Shown here one piece after another: positions 1 through 15,506 of a stretch of 44,493 nucleotides of DNA. Source of the stretch: Guillardia theta CCMP2712 (taxonomy: Eukaryota > Protista > Cryptophyta). The DNA is taken from contig NW_005434415.1 in the NCBI RefSeq assembly GCF_000315625.1, positions 8,137-52,629 of the forward strand, in the 5' to 3' direction. The position numbers and the translations under genes were made by a program. Under the pieces are notes generated by a model that saw only the letters and a list, made by a program, of their open reading frames with translations, was not told where the DNA came from and made no database searches. Positions within the stretch are counted from its first letter, which is position 1. Each line of letters opens with the position of its first letter.

Positions 1-774
1 ACTGCACTGAATATGCGCACCCTCACGTCCATGCTATCGCGTGAGATTATTTTGACGGAAACGTTTGTAATGGTGCTGATGTTGATGATGACGACACCAA
101 CGAGAACGACAACGATGTTTGTTGATGGTTTTACGATGATGACGATTATGTTTGTTTGCATTTGTCGGAGTGCAGGCATTATGGCCTTCACTGACATGGT
201 TTTCCAGCTATTGTCTCATGGCAAAGAAAATGCTCAAGTGAGTCCCTGAGCCTGCTTTCTGCTCCCTTCTGCTTCTGCTCCTTCTTCTGCTTCTTCCTTC
301 TTTCTTCTTCGTCTTCTCCTCCTCCATTCTCCTTCTTCTCCTTCCCCTCCCCCGCCCCCTCCCCCTCCCCCTCTTCTGCCACTGCTGCTCCTGCTGCTGC
401 TCATCGTCCTTTTTCTCCTCCTCCGCTGACATCCTTGCCCAGATACTGCGAAAGTTACACCTGGACGAAACCCAAGTACCACGACGAGTCGCTGATCCTT
501 GGGAGCGACGAGATCCCATGGTGGAGGAGGCAAAACATGCAGAAGAAGCTGAGAGCGGAAAGTCGGCAGGTTCCTGGAGAAGGAGGCGAACAGCCCATGT
601 GAGGCTCTTGTTTCATTGTCTTGGACCTGACGAGCTTGCAGATGGTCTTTGAAGGATGTGAGACAGATCATGGCATCTTACCCGGACGATGTTGGGGTGC
701 AGAGAAGCAGAGAAAAACATGCGGGTGATGATTGTTGTGGTGATGGTGGTGGTGATGATGACGATGATGATGGA

Positions 775-808
<34 letters not shown>

Positions 809-2246
809 GTTGCGATGGAGAGAATGATGACCACAACGATAATGTCGTGGAATGAGGGTTTGTTGGTTTGCCTAGCCTTCAATGATTTTGCAATTCCACA
901 GAGTTTGTAAGGTCTCAAATCTTTTCTGGTATCAAAATTCCTGCCAAAGAGAAGCTATGGTTGGATCAGGTGAAACTCTTTCTTTGCCATCGTCATGTCA
1001 GCTTCATGTTCAATATCTCTCTTACCTCAACCTCTTCTCTCCTTCTCTCTCGTTTCTCCTCCCAGTATCCTCCCTCCCCCCACTCCACTTCTCCTCCCCC
1101 CAACCCCTTTTCTTCCTTTTCCTCCTTGGGCTCACTGCACCTGCAGTACGTGAAGGTCTTCCAAGAAGCACGAGACTCCTTCAAGAAACACTCTCTTCCG
1201 ACTTCTCCTCGTCCTCGCCGCCTTCCCGTCGAGCCGTTCCCGACCCACCTTGAGCGTGTCAGGGGGCTCAGGCTCAGCACCCAACTGCAAGAGGACGAGG
1301 ACAACTACCTTCACAGGAGAGCTGCTGCCCTGCTCGGGGTGAGCCTCTCCTGCATAGGTAGAGACATGGCACTTTCCTCTCCCTCGCCCCCTCCTCCCTC
1401 CCTCCCATTCCTCCTCGTTGTTCCCTCCTCTCCTCTCGCTCTCAATCTTGCGATGCCTGTCCCTGCTCTTCATCAGCTTCTTTTCCTTTCCCTTATCCCA
1501 CTGGCTCCCTTTTAGCCCTCCACTTACTCCCTCTCCCTCTCCCTGCTCCTCTCTTCCCCTCCCTTCCCCTCCCTCTCTCCTGCCTTGTCCAACCATCGTT
1601 TCATCCCTCTCCTCTGTCTCCATTCTCTCTTGACCTCCTTTTGCCTCCCTACTCGTTCAACTCCCTGCTTCCCCTCCTCCCTCCTCCCTCTCCCCTCGAC
1701 CCCTTCGTGCTCTGATCGCATACCAGATCACTGCTACGTGCCGATAGAAACAGAGATCTGGAAGAAACTCGGCAGCGTCTCGGATTTTCGCTACATCTCC
1801 ACGCAGGCGGCCAAAGACATCCTGCGGGACATGGACGGGAAGTAACGCAGATATCTCACCCTGCCCTCCACGACTCCCCGCGCCACCCATCGTGTTCTTG
1901 TTCGTTGCAGGAGTTGTAAATGTGCTGACTTGGCCTTGTTTTATTACCACATGTGAATGATGTAACCCTTGATAAACGCTCAAGTTCAACTCCGTTCCTT
2001 GTCCTGCTGCCAATGGTCCTGTGCCGCGCTAGATTTAATCCCCTTCGTATGAGACGCTTCTTTGAGCAAGATTCGTCCACCCCTTATGCTCGATCTGTTT
2101 TCCAATGTAGATGGCATGTAGTCAGCGGCGAACCCATCACCATCCCCGACGAGCAGATTTCTCGTCACGATCGGCGGGCAGTGGCCATCCTACACGGGGA
2201 TGTGGTTAGAGGGAGCGCAGACGAGAGACGAGAGACGAGAGACTGA
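1..2246 (+). CDS. 3' part of a multi-exon hypothetical protein gene (5' end outside window)
   Basis: Protein-like segments bounded by GT..AG and separated by pyrimidine/microsatellite introns, e.g. WSLKDVRQIMASYPDDVGVQ (armadillo-like flavour), YVKVFQEARDSFKKH, LSTQLQEDEDNYLHRRAAALLG, IPDHCYVPIETEIWKKLGSVSDFRYISTQAAKDILRDMDGK. Exon phasing and the stop are uncertain. Confidence 0.5.
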
Positions 2247-3723
2247 GAGCGCGAGGAGTTCAGTCAGTCAGTCTCCTCAGCTCATGTACGTCTGCTCGGA
2301 TCTGTTCAAACTTTCTTCACCTCCCAGCTTACCTTCTGCACTCCTCCTCCTCCTCCTCCTCCTCCTCCTCCTCCTCCTCCTCTTCATTCGGCGCGCATGT
2401 CCGGACGTTTCGGAGAGCCCCCTGGGACCTCGAGATGCAGGTGGTCACTTTACTACCACCGTCACCGGAGGAAAGGGGCCGGGGTGACCCACCCCATCCT
2501 TGATTTCCTTTAACAGGGAAATAAGGGGGTGGTAATCACCGTCCCTCTTAAAAGGAGGCCTGTGACATCGGAGCAACCACTACAACAGTTTTAAGAATTT
2601 TGAAATGACATGTTTTCGAGTTCAAACCCGGATCCAGTCAGAATAGGATGACCTCACCCCTTTAGGACTGCATCTGTGTTGAAGTACCCGTACAAATACA
2701 CTATAAAGTACCGGTAACTTATTTTCCGCACAGAACCCTACCTACCTACTATTTGCAGGTCAGTGACTTTTTTTGGGGCATCATGATTGTCTTACCCTGA
2801 CCCCTATGTTTTACCTTGGATATCAGGGTAGGGGTGGGGTAGTATATGTGTCGGTCGGTGGTTCCCATACACAAGGGTGGTGGGACAGCCAATTTTTGAG
2901 TTTTTAGGTGCGGGCAGTCTTATGGTTGGGGTAGGTAGTATCATGGGGGTAGTAGGGTAGTTCAACATATCAGAATAATCCTTTTGCGGGGGTAGTAGCA
3001 AAATACAAACGCAGAATGATAAGGTGGGGTAGTATGTCTTAAAAAGTCGAATCTTGTAGCAAGTTTTAGCAGGGTAGGGTACCATCCCAGGATACAAGGC
3101 AGCGAGGGAAGAAGAAATGTTGGTTTGCACAGGCAACGGGAGGAAGCGATGGTGGAGGCAGACGAAAGAGGAAGAAGATGAGGGAGATGACGTAACCATC
3201 GATGTAAAGGAGGAGGAGGAGGTAGGAGGTAGGAGGTAGGAGGTAGGAGGTAGGAGGTAGGAGACCATCGATGGTATAGTGTAACCGAACCACGGAAAGA
3301 ACACTCCAGGACGAAAGGAGGGCAGGCTGAAAGAGTGGTTTGTTCGCTTGCGCACGAGCAATATGCGTTTTGAGGTGACTCAATAACGGTGCAAGCTATC
3401 TCGAAAACAAGGAAAATCACAGAAGCGATTCAAATGCCTGATGTAAATGACAGTTGTACCTCAGTGACACTTGGAGTGCTATCGAACAGAGAAGACGTGA
3501 AGAACGGGGACAGAGTTGTTTGAAAATAGCCTGTCATTTCCTCCATTGAACTTTTCAAGCAGATAGAGATCATGTGTTAGATCTTTGATAGATGTGATTA
3601 ATGACATAGCGGTGCGATGGTTGTGAAGGGATGAGTAGGATGATTACTTGCTTTTGAAAGGCATCAGTCGACATCGATTGCTCCTTACTGATCCCTTGTT
3701 GCAGCAGATTCACTGCAGTCCAG

Positions 3724-4608
3724 ATGATTCGATCCTGCAGTCTTGGTGATCTGTCCAAGTTGCAGGATGACACGGCCAATGATAAGAAGGATCTAAAGAT
3801 ATTCGATCAATCTCGTGCCGGGGACCTCAGCCATGACAAGAACTTTGCCGTTGACGAGAGCTTGAGGCATGGAGGCCGGACTGATCTCAACATCTTGAAT
3901 AGTTGGATGGGAAAGCAGGACGCTGATATCAATCAGATGAGGAGCTGGATACAGAACTCTCTTTTATCGTACTCATCCCCCGGGACGTCTCCTCGACAGT
4001 ACAAGATTCCTACTTCCCCTCCTGCTGATCGCAACACAAATCGTGACATTGGGGCAGCAGAGATCAGTCCCAAGTCCTCGGATGCGCTGCCAAGGCTCAA
4101 TCTAGAAGCAGCCAAGCCGTCTCAGGACTTCAAGGGATACTTCGAGCTGAGAGAATGCTTCGGGTCGAAGAGCGGCATGCTGGTCATGCTGACTATCGAC
4201 GGGAGGGGTTTGCTGTCAATCTTTGGCGGAAGAGACTTCAAGAAGGAGATGGGGAAGTTCTTGCTGCGAGAGACGGTCATTTCAGCCTTTTTCGAGCACA
4301 CAGATTGCTTCGCCTTGGGGACCAAGGAGATCGAGGAAAGTCGGATACACATAATCGACGAAGAGGTTATCTACATCTTCGCTGAGAACGAAGAGGTCAG
4401 AAATCAGTGGATATCCATCCTCCACTCCTACGGGGCACATGCCAACTCCAACGCCATGTTTCTGGCTCGTTCGCAACAGCAACGCAAGTGCCCTGACTCC
4501 CCGAGGGAGTCGGATAAAGCAAGCAAAGCCCGCTCGGCGCCGTCAGGAATTCCCATGATGTGCCGAGATGTACAGGGACACTCCTGGCAAGGTGAAGAGC
4601 AGCGATGA
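3724..4608 (+). CDS. PH-domain-containing protein (extra 5' exons from ~3434 possible)
   Basis: 294-aa open frame. The segment DFKGYFELRE...CFALGT...IYIFAENEEVRNQWISIL has the PH-domain pattern, including the C-terminal helix Trp. Confidence 0.7.
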   Translation: MIRSCSLGDLSKLQDDTANDKKDLKIFDQSRAGDLSHDKNFAVDESLRHGGRTDLNILNSWMGKQDADINQMRSWIQNSLLSYSSPGTSPRQYKIPTSPPADRNTNRDIGAAEISPKSSDALPRLNLEAAKPSQDFKGYFELRECFGSKSGMLVMLTIDGRGLLSIFGGRDFKKEMGKFLLRETVISAFFEHTDCFALGTKEIEESRIHIIDEEVIYIFAENEEVRNQWISILHSYGAHANSNAMFLARSQQQRKCPDSPRESDKASKARSAPSGIPMMCRDVQGHSWQGEEQR

Positions 4609-4754
4609 TCTATGAGATTTTGAGTGTTGACACTTTTGTTGGATAGAAGCTTCCGTTGGACTGCTGAGCCACAAGCAAGTTTAACTTCGTATCTTGTGCA
4701 CATAACCCCGAATAATCATCAAAGAGTAAAGATGCTGAAGAAGTCAGGCACGAA

Positions 4755-7392
<2,638 letters not shown>

Positions 7393-10031
7393 GTCGGCTG
7401 TGGGATGTGTTGGGAGGGGGGGGGTTGTTGATAAGAGACGGTGGGTACGGTACTCCCAAATCGATGGTGGGGTGATAATTCAAACCTATGGGGTAGTAGT
7501 AAATAGTTTTCTCTGTAGAGGGTCAATTCATTTATTTGAAAAATTCTGTTTAACATTTTGGAAAACTTTAAGCGTGATAAGTTGAACTATATATAAAGAT
7601 TATTGAAAACTAGCCATGTAAACTTGCTTCACTTGCTCAAACTCCGGTGAATAGGTCATCAGTACATTCGATGGGTAGGGTGTACACCAATTTTCCCAGT
7701 GGGGGTCGGGGTCGATAATTACACCGGTGCTTTGACCTCAAACTTGGGGGTAGTCAACGGTAGGGGTGGAGGGGTCGTATTGGGCACACTGGGGCGCAAG
7801 CGGAATCCGCTAAGGGAAACAGGGGGTGGAAGAAAAAGAAGGGTGAGTATGTACTGTGGGGTAGGGTACCATTTGCTTTTCAAAGGGGTGGCCAATCCGA
7901 GAGAGATAAGATTGGATCGTAAGATCACAATGATCTAAGTCAGGTACTGATATAATACTGCCATGCTTGCAGGATCAATGATATTCGGTTCCAGGGCCCA
8001 CCCAAAAGGGAAGGAGGCATTCTGTGTGGTAGGGTACTATGTTTTAACAAGGTAGGGGTGGTAGCAGGGGTGTAGAGAGAGACTTCTTCGGCTGGCCAGG
8101 GAATATGGTCGTTGACCCTAAATGAAGTTAAAAGGTCTCTGAGGGTAAGGGGATACATGAATTTATATATAGTCTCTACTATATAAATTATATACCTGGA
8201 GGGTAGGGCAATGCGACTTGGATGATTGGGTCAACTGTCCTGTGGTGTGCCCCTTTTGAGCAGGGGTGTACAAGGTTTGAATATTTCAAACTTAGATTCA
8301 ATTATATGAAATATTTTAACCAAACAGTCGAGTAAGTTTGATTCCTTCCCTGTAATTGTGAAGACTGGAAACCCCGACCGAAAATTAAATCGATTTGTGA
8401 CCACGTGTCCCTATGCCTCTCGGGAGGAACATCATCATTTGCCCGCATCCCCCCCGGCTGGCCGCGCCAAGACAAACCGTGAACTTGCAGCGTCAGTGAC
8501 CCGCGCCGGCGGTCCGACTCGTTCAGTGAATGTCCGACTCCGATCCGATCCCGGCCCAAGTAACCTGGTCCGGGGCGGGGCCCAGTGACCGCCGGGTCGC
8601 TTCTCACTGTGTGACTAGTGACAGTGTGAGTGACCCGGGGCCGGGGCCCGGCGGACGGGCGGACAAAACGGTAACGGCAGGCACTGAGTGCAGTGCAGCC
8701 TGACCGTGACAATCACATTGACCGGGCCTTACAAGTGGCATGCGGCAACACAGTGACAAGACACCGCGTCGTTTGTCCAATTTCCGAACCGTGTGCTGTT
8801 CCGCCGAGCTGTGACTACGGTAAGCCTTACTAGGCTACGCGCGGCCCAACGGGCCCGGCGTCCGACTCAAGCCGGGCTGATGACTCCCGTCAGCCCACCA
8901 ACCGTTGAACCGGTGACCTTGAACCGTTCAACGGCCCGGTGATCGGCGGACATGGCCTGGGGCTGGAGCAGCCTGTGTGGCAGACTCGCCGGCGGCCTCA
9001 CTGAGGCGGGGCCGCTACGGTCCGCCGTGACAGGGTGCGCCGACCGGACTCCTCGTGACTCGATGCACATTGAATGAGTCCGCCGCGGCCGAGCCGGGAG
9101 TCGGACTCCGGCGGTGACTGGGCGCCCCGGCCCGGCCGGGCGCCTCGCGGCGGCCCGGCGGGGCCCGGCCGGGCCCCGGGGGGCGGCGGCGGGCCCGGCC
9201 CGCCGCCCTGACTCGCAGTGAGTCACCGTCACCCGAGCTCGGAGCGGCCGGGCTGAGGCGCCGCGGCCGGGCCGCCGCCGGGCCGCGCCCGCTGAGTCCG
9301 GGAGTGCCTGGCACCCGCCGCCGTGCCGTTGAAGTCAGTGTGATGGCCGGGAGCGGCGGGCGTATGCCAGGGCCGTGCCAGTCAAATCACTAAGCCCCGA
9401 TACAGTCTATCTCTCATGTGCTCCTCAATTCTGGTTTCAAGTTTTGTGTGCATTAAACTTGGTCTTATGCAAAAACTGTCTTGTTACAACTAAGGTCGAC
9501 TCGCGCGGATGTGATATCTGCGTGGCTTTGGACCGTAGTACAAGTCTAACAAACTTGTATTCCGTTGAGTTGCAGTACGGTACTACGTGACCGTGCGGTA
9601 AGGGCTGCCCGCTGCCTCCAGAGACTCTGAGAGTCCGAGCGCTGCGACCGTCGGACGGTCCGATCAGTGACTCGGACCGGCCGGACTCCAGGCCGCCGGC
9701 CCACTGCCGTGATCGGACGGCGGGCCCGGCCGGCGAGCCTCGGAGGTTACTAATCTCGCCGGTAACTTGTCTGGTGTCAAATGTGATCCGGGAGTCGGGG
9801 GCGGGTTGATTTCATTGAAAGAATACTTAAACATGTCTCCTGTTGTGACAATGTGCCTCAGCCTTGAGGCACGAGTGAATCAGTCACAAGGGCGTCGTCA
9901 TGGCAGGGTCATGACTCATCAGTCACTTGCGGGCGGCCTGAGAGAGGGTCGGAGGAAAGATGGGGGCAGAGACAAACAGATAGTTCTCTGAGGGCTGGGC
10001 CGAGCATGTCTGAGAGGAGCGAGAAGAAAAC

Positions 10032-12178
10032 CTAATCATCCGACAGCTCTGCACACTCCCAGAACGCGGAGACCTGGGGAACCCGCGTGAAACCAGGTCA
10101 GACAGGAAGAAGGAATCAGGTGGGCAGCAGCTCAGCACAGGGAGAAAGGAGCCACAGGGAGAGACAGAAGGCTGATCGCTCAAGGAAAGGAGGTGGGCAG
10201 AGTGACAAAATTGCAATACCTTGGCGACTTCGCCTTTCATCTCCTCGACTATCTCTGCCATCCCACTGGAACAAGGCAGGCAGTCAGGATGGGCTCTGCA
10301 AGACGCACAGCAAGGCATCTAGTATCACCCCGTCTCGCCCTTGTCGCAAAGCTCCAGAAGGCGACCCAGCAACCTGCACAACAGGCTGAGCGCTCGGGCG
10401 CAGCAGCTTGGAAGAAGCTGACTTCATCAAAACAGAGGCTCCGATCGTCTCAGAAGCATCCTTTAGCTGCAGAGATAAATAAGCCTGGAAGATTTTCCCA
10501 CACGCCTCCCCCTTCCGCACCTGCTGTGCACTGGTTTGCACTCCACCCACGTCATTATCTGCCAGCGCGCTTTCCAAAGCTTGCAGCTGAAGAATTCCTT
10601 GTCAGCCTCACATGAGACGGAGAGTTGAAAGAGGTGCGGCATCAAAGTCGTTTGAGACCAGCAGAAGTTGATCATGAGAAGGTGTGCATAGTCATCTCAG
10701 TGAGGATGGAGGAGACGAGACCGCCAATCGGAAGCATAGTTGAGAGATTACTGGTTCGCAAGGGTCCTCATGACCGAGCCATAGAACACTAGCATAGACT
10801 TTGCAAGGAGCAGCAAGCAAGAAGTCTGAGCAATCAGGGAATATTACCTGCTCCGGGACAACATCCTTGGCCATCTCTTTCGCGATTTCAAGAAAGAGCT
10901 CCTGAAATACAATGTCACGTGTTGCAGAACATGTGCAGTCATCCTCCATACTTGATCGTCCGAACATCTCTCCAGTGCAGAGTTCATTGCGCTCTCATGA
11001 TCTTGCCAGTACTCCAAACAGACCCTACAAGGTTGCCTCAGAGCCGGAAAGATGCAGACGATGTTTCTCCCACTTGAGAGATTCCTCCATGTTGTCAACA
11101 AGTTCTTGCGCGTTCTCAGTTGACCCTGCATACAAACCAAGTGAGACAAGCTGACAGCGAGACAGACAGACTTCTTTACTCAACCTGTTCTTACGAGATC
11201 ATCGAGCGCCTTGGCCGCCTTTCAGACAAAGCTTAGACCCAGTATCCCCAGGGCTAGAGCCCCGAGGCACTTGTACCTTGCTCAGCGAGTCGAACCCGAT
11301 CGTTGCGCTGGCACCTTTGATGGAGTGCGCATGAAAATGAGCTGTCTGCGAATCTCCCTCCTTTGTTTCAAAGTGACATCTCTTCCTCTCACGAAGAAGC
11401 TGCATGCTCACCGAGACAGCCTTCCTGATCATCGGCATCTGCTCCGCTTCCGCCTTGGTCAAAGTCTCGCTGACAACCTAACCACTGTATATAAGATGCG
11501 GCATAGCATGCGTCGCTGAAGGACATCCGACCTGATTCAAGAGCTCCATGCTTCCACTGCATCTCTCCAGGGCAGTAGCCAGGTCCACTTCAACAGGCGA
11601 CATCCCCCTTCCTTGTTCCGAAATTATCTGCCTGAGGAGTCTCCATAAGATTTTTCACAAGGAAACAACAAGTGTTGAATCATGTTCATAAGATCTTTCA
11701 CATGGAAACATCAAGCTTTGAATCACATTCGTGAGATCTTTCACATGGAAACATCAAGTTTTGAATCATGTACTTGGGGCTCTAAAGGTTCTCGAGCACT
11801 GAGTCAAGAACAACCACGAGATGCTCAAAAGCAGTCATTTTAAGACTGTTGGAGGAGGGGAAAGGTTGATGCTGAAGGAAACATGCCGCAAACAAACCAA
11901 AAGCAACTTTGATCAGCTACATGAAGTTTGATCTAACTTTCTCTTTGAACCTCCCTCTATGGAGCGTGCTTCCAGCAAAGAACCTTCATCAACGTTTTCT
12001 CTCATCTCCATTATGGCCGCCAATTATCACTCACACAGAACATGGGCCCTCAATCGAGCCATCCTACAAGCCCAGTCATGTAACCTAGTTCCTCAAAGAT
12101 GTCTTGACGACTGAAGGAGGTGCCCGAGAGAAGGGGATGGTGGGAGGGATGGGCGATAGGCATCCCAGCCGCCTCCAT
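10032..12178 (-). CDS. Histidine phosphotransfer (HPt) protein with two tandem HPt-like domains
   Basis: Domain 1: VDLATALERCSGSMELL...AHFHAHSIKGASATIGFDSLSKAAKALD. Domain 2: SALERCSDDQELFLEIAKEM...SAQQLKDASETIGASVLM. Last exon VSAFWECAELSDD* ends at 10032. Start uncertain (ATG at 12178, or MSPVEVD at ~11603). Confidence 0.82.
11647..11771. repeat. ~43-bp tandem minisatellite, ~3 copies, probably intronic in the HPt gene
   Basis: Unit GATCTTTCACATGGAAACATCAAG(C/T)TTTGAATCA... repeated; the period is not a multiple of 3. Confidence 0.8.
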
Positions 12179-15100
12179 AGCCGGACAGCGCGGGCGGGTC
12201 ACGCGGGTGGGAGGAATGTTGTACCAGTAAAACCTTGTTTTATTTTAAAATCAAAATCTACATTTAATATCTAGGACAGTTTTAAACAGTGTTACTGTTA
12301 CGGAATACATAAGAGGTTTTGAGTAAATAAAAATATATTTACAAGATTCTTCCGTAGAAAGCATGAATCACTACCAGGCATTGGAATGATATATGTTCAT
12401 ATTCTGTTACAAATCCTAAAACATTAAAATTCCAGAATAGTTTTTAAACTTAAACGAGCCATGGCGGTGAGGCCATGAAAGGGTGGGGTACTCACAGGTG
12501 GTTTGGAGGGTACGCATCTCAGGGGTCTTTTAACCACCATGGCCTTCAATCAGGTAACCATCCAAAGGATTTCAGGTCGGATCTCACAAGGGGTATTTTT
12601 GACCTGAAAAATACCGGTGGTATGACAAGGGATCTCCTTGGAAGGGGGTGGGGGTGGGTGATAAAACAAGTTCAACTTTTGATCTCTTCCCCACTGCCCC
12701 CCTTATGCCTCCTACAGATGCCAGCCCGCCTCACCCCTTCATTTTACTACTGTCTGCGGAGTGGCAATTACCCGTCCGATCCTTGATCAATGTATGGGTA
12801 CCTGCCGTTACTTGACGGTTGAAATGAAAAAACCATAAAAGCCTGGATCTATCCAGTTCAGAAGTACCTCGACAAGAGACCTCAGTCTATGATGTGATCT
12901 ATGGAGTTGTCTCGTTCATTCAGTGCGCGAGCCACAATCAGCGGGATGAAACACAAGTGTGTTCCCTACCTTCTAACTCTTTGAGTTCTCCGATCCACGT
13001 GGTTGTGGAGGGAAGTTGTGTGAAATGCAAGAAGGCTCTGTGATGAAAGTTTATACAGCAACTGTACACGATTCAATCTATCCAATACGGTGTAGAGCAG
13101 CTTTTAAACAAAGCAAACGACTGATACGATCTTGTCGATCACTACAAAGAAATATATACAAGTTTTTGAAAAAGCATCGGATGATCGATGATTCCTATAG
13201 CTGAACTGTTTCTCCCGTCGCTGTGATAATCAGCGCTTTGTTCAGAATGAGCTGGATGGATGCTTGCAGGCAGCGGAGTTGTTTTTCTCTTGACAGACTA
13301 CCATGAAATCCAGTTTCTTCATTGCAAAAATTCTTGTGCTCTTCCATCATCTCCGCATACACGACGGATTCGCTGCTCACCTTCTCTTCCTCGTCCGTGA
13401 CCATCATCTCTCAACAAACGTTACCACTATTGTACCATGTTCTCAAATGCCCTCCCTTGCCTTCCAGTCTTCTAGGCGCTTTGTCCTGCGTTGAGTTCTG
13501 TTGTTTGCTTCCTCGCGTGCTCTTGTTAGCACGAGTTCTATGCTGATGACTACGTCCCCTCTGGTACGTGTGCAAGCACATGTACATGTGCAGGCTGAGG
13601 GGATGCTGACATCTGTGAAGGGGGCTCTGGTAAAAATGGAGCAAAATAAACACGAAAATATTTCTTTTCGAACAGATTGCCGTTGGATAGTGAGCTCGAT
13701 TAGCCAAACCGTTGCCTTCTTGCGGCAAGTGGCCGCAGTGGCGCAAAGGCGGCTTGTCAGTTTTCCGCCGGCCGCTGAGTCGGGGGCCGCCGGATCACAC
13801 CGTCGGCTGCCGGGCCGCGCGGCCCGGCGTCGGGCCTCAGGGCCTTGCCCGAGTACGGTCCGACACGCTGGCGGCCCGCGGCCCCGGGCGGTGCCACCGC
13901 CGGAGAGTCAATGTGACTCAGTGAACCGGGCGCCGGTCTCAGGAGCGACCCAACGCGGCGGGGGCCCGGCGTCACCGCCGTACTGTGGCACGGTCAGTGG
14001 CCCGGGCCGCCGACTCGGTCTCTGGGCCGAGGCTCCCACTGGTCCCGGCGGAGTCCGACCGGCGACTCTCATCCGTCACCGATCTGATCTCAGCCGCTCA
14101 CGGTTTGGCGGCCGCCCTTGCAACTTCAACGCCGGTGCAGGGCCAACTGTGAAAGTGAATGCCAGGCCGCTCAGCAACAGGGCGGCGCGGCCGGGTCACC
14201 GGGTGCGTCACCGTTCAACCGTTCACGGTTGGGCAACGGTTCACGGTTGCCAAATCCCCTTGAAGTTGCCAAGTTGACAGTGAACGGGCACGGCCCGGCG
14301 GTGTTGCCCGGCCGCGCGCCGCGGGTGGCCCGCCGGGCCGCGGGCGGCGCTGCTGATCGGATCGGCGGACTCGGTGACCGTACCCGGACCCGGCCGGCGG
14401 CGACCGGCCGGGCCGGACTCCCCGGACCGTTCTCCTGAGGCGCCGCTCCGCCGTCAGCTCAGCTCAGGGCCGGCAGCGACCGGCCGCCAACCGGCAGCGA
14501 CCGGCCGGCCCGGTGTTCGACACGACTGATGCGGGATAGAAAATGGGGGTGGGTGGGTAAAGAGGTGGAAATGTGGATCGATGTGGGTGGGGGTACTCGG
14601 AGGTGGAGGATATGACCCTTTCAAACATTTACTCGATCTGAATTGAGGATTTCAATTTGTATCAATATCAGGTTGCAAGATATTTCTTTGGCGGTAGGGT
14701 GATGTCTTCCAGGTAGGGGTGGGGGTAGTACAATCACTCTGTGAAGAGGGTAGTCGTGATATTACGTAGTAGCGCCTGAATGGTGGGGTACTGGAGGGGA
14801 AAGAGAGGGGGTAGTGAAAGGAGGGTGGTTAGAGGCGTAAGGCGACAGCGCGGAACATGCTGGAATGAAGGGACAGAGGACAAAGAGTAGGAGGAGGAAG
14901 GGGATGGGGAGGAGGAGGAACAGCAGCAGCATGGAGTTTTTCCTGAGACTGATGTCAATCAAGGGAGATAGAGACCGAGAGGATGGGAGAAAGGTAGCAT
15001 GCAGCATGCAGGGAGCGATGATAAGCAGTTAGTACGTGCTGGAAAAGGGGGAGGCTATGTGGAAGAAGAGAGGACTATACACTGATTGCTCATGACGAGA

Positions 15101-15506
15101 TGTGAAAGCGTGAATATTAGATCTTTTGGAAGTCTCTTTGAGATACTTCGATTTCTAGTGCGTTCGTTTTCATTTGCAGAACAAGGATGAAAATTGTTGG
15201 TTCGACTATGATAATCAGGCATCAGAAGGCTTGGAAATTTCATTGGCGGAAGAACTCTCATGCATCAGGGTCGATGACTGACATACAAGTACAAGTAGTA
15301 GTAGTCTTTGGTTTTCTCTGCCCACTGATGACAGTTAAATCCACGGACGAACAGAAAATTTGAAATACTGATATCTGCAACAATCTTGTGCGCTTCCGAC
15401 CTATTTGTCGTGATGTTGTTGGTAGCCATCGATAAAAATCTCCTGACATAACTTGACATACTATTGTTTCCTTCTCGCTTAATTTGTTGATGACAATGCT
15501 TGGCAG

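Noticed and set aside
13195-13746. Possible small minus-strand gene (GDVVISIELVLTRAREEANNR...; MMVTDEEEKV...)
   Set aside because: Segments look mildly protein-like, but I could not build a consistent exon chain or recognise a family.
13501-14438. Long Arg/Pro/Gly-rich ORFs in GC-rich blocks (also 8302-9314, 28330-29166, 41092-41588, 42570-42981)
   Set aside because: Stop-poor because of extreme GC content; open in several frames with no domain signal.
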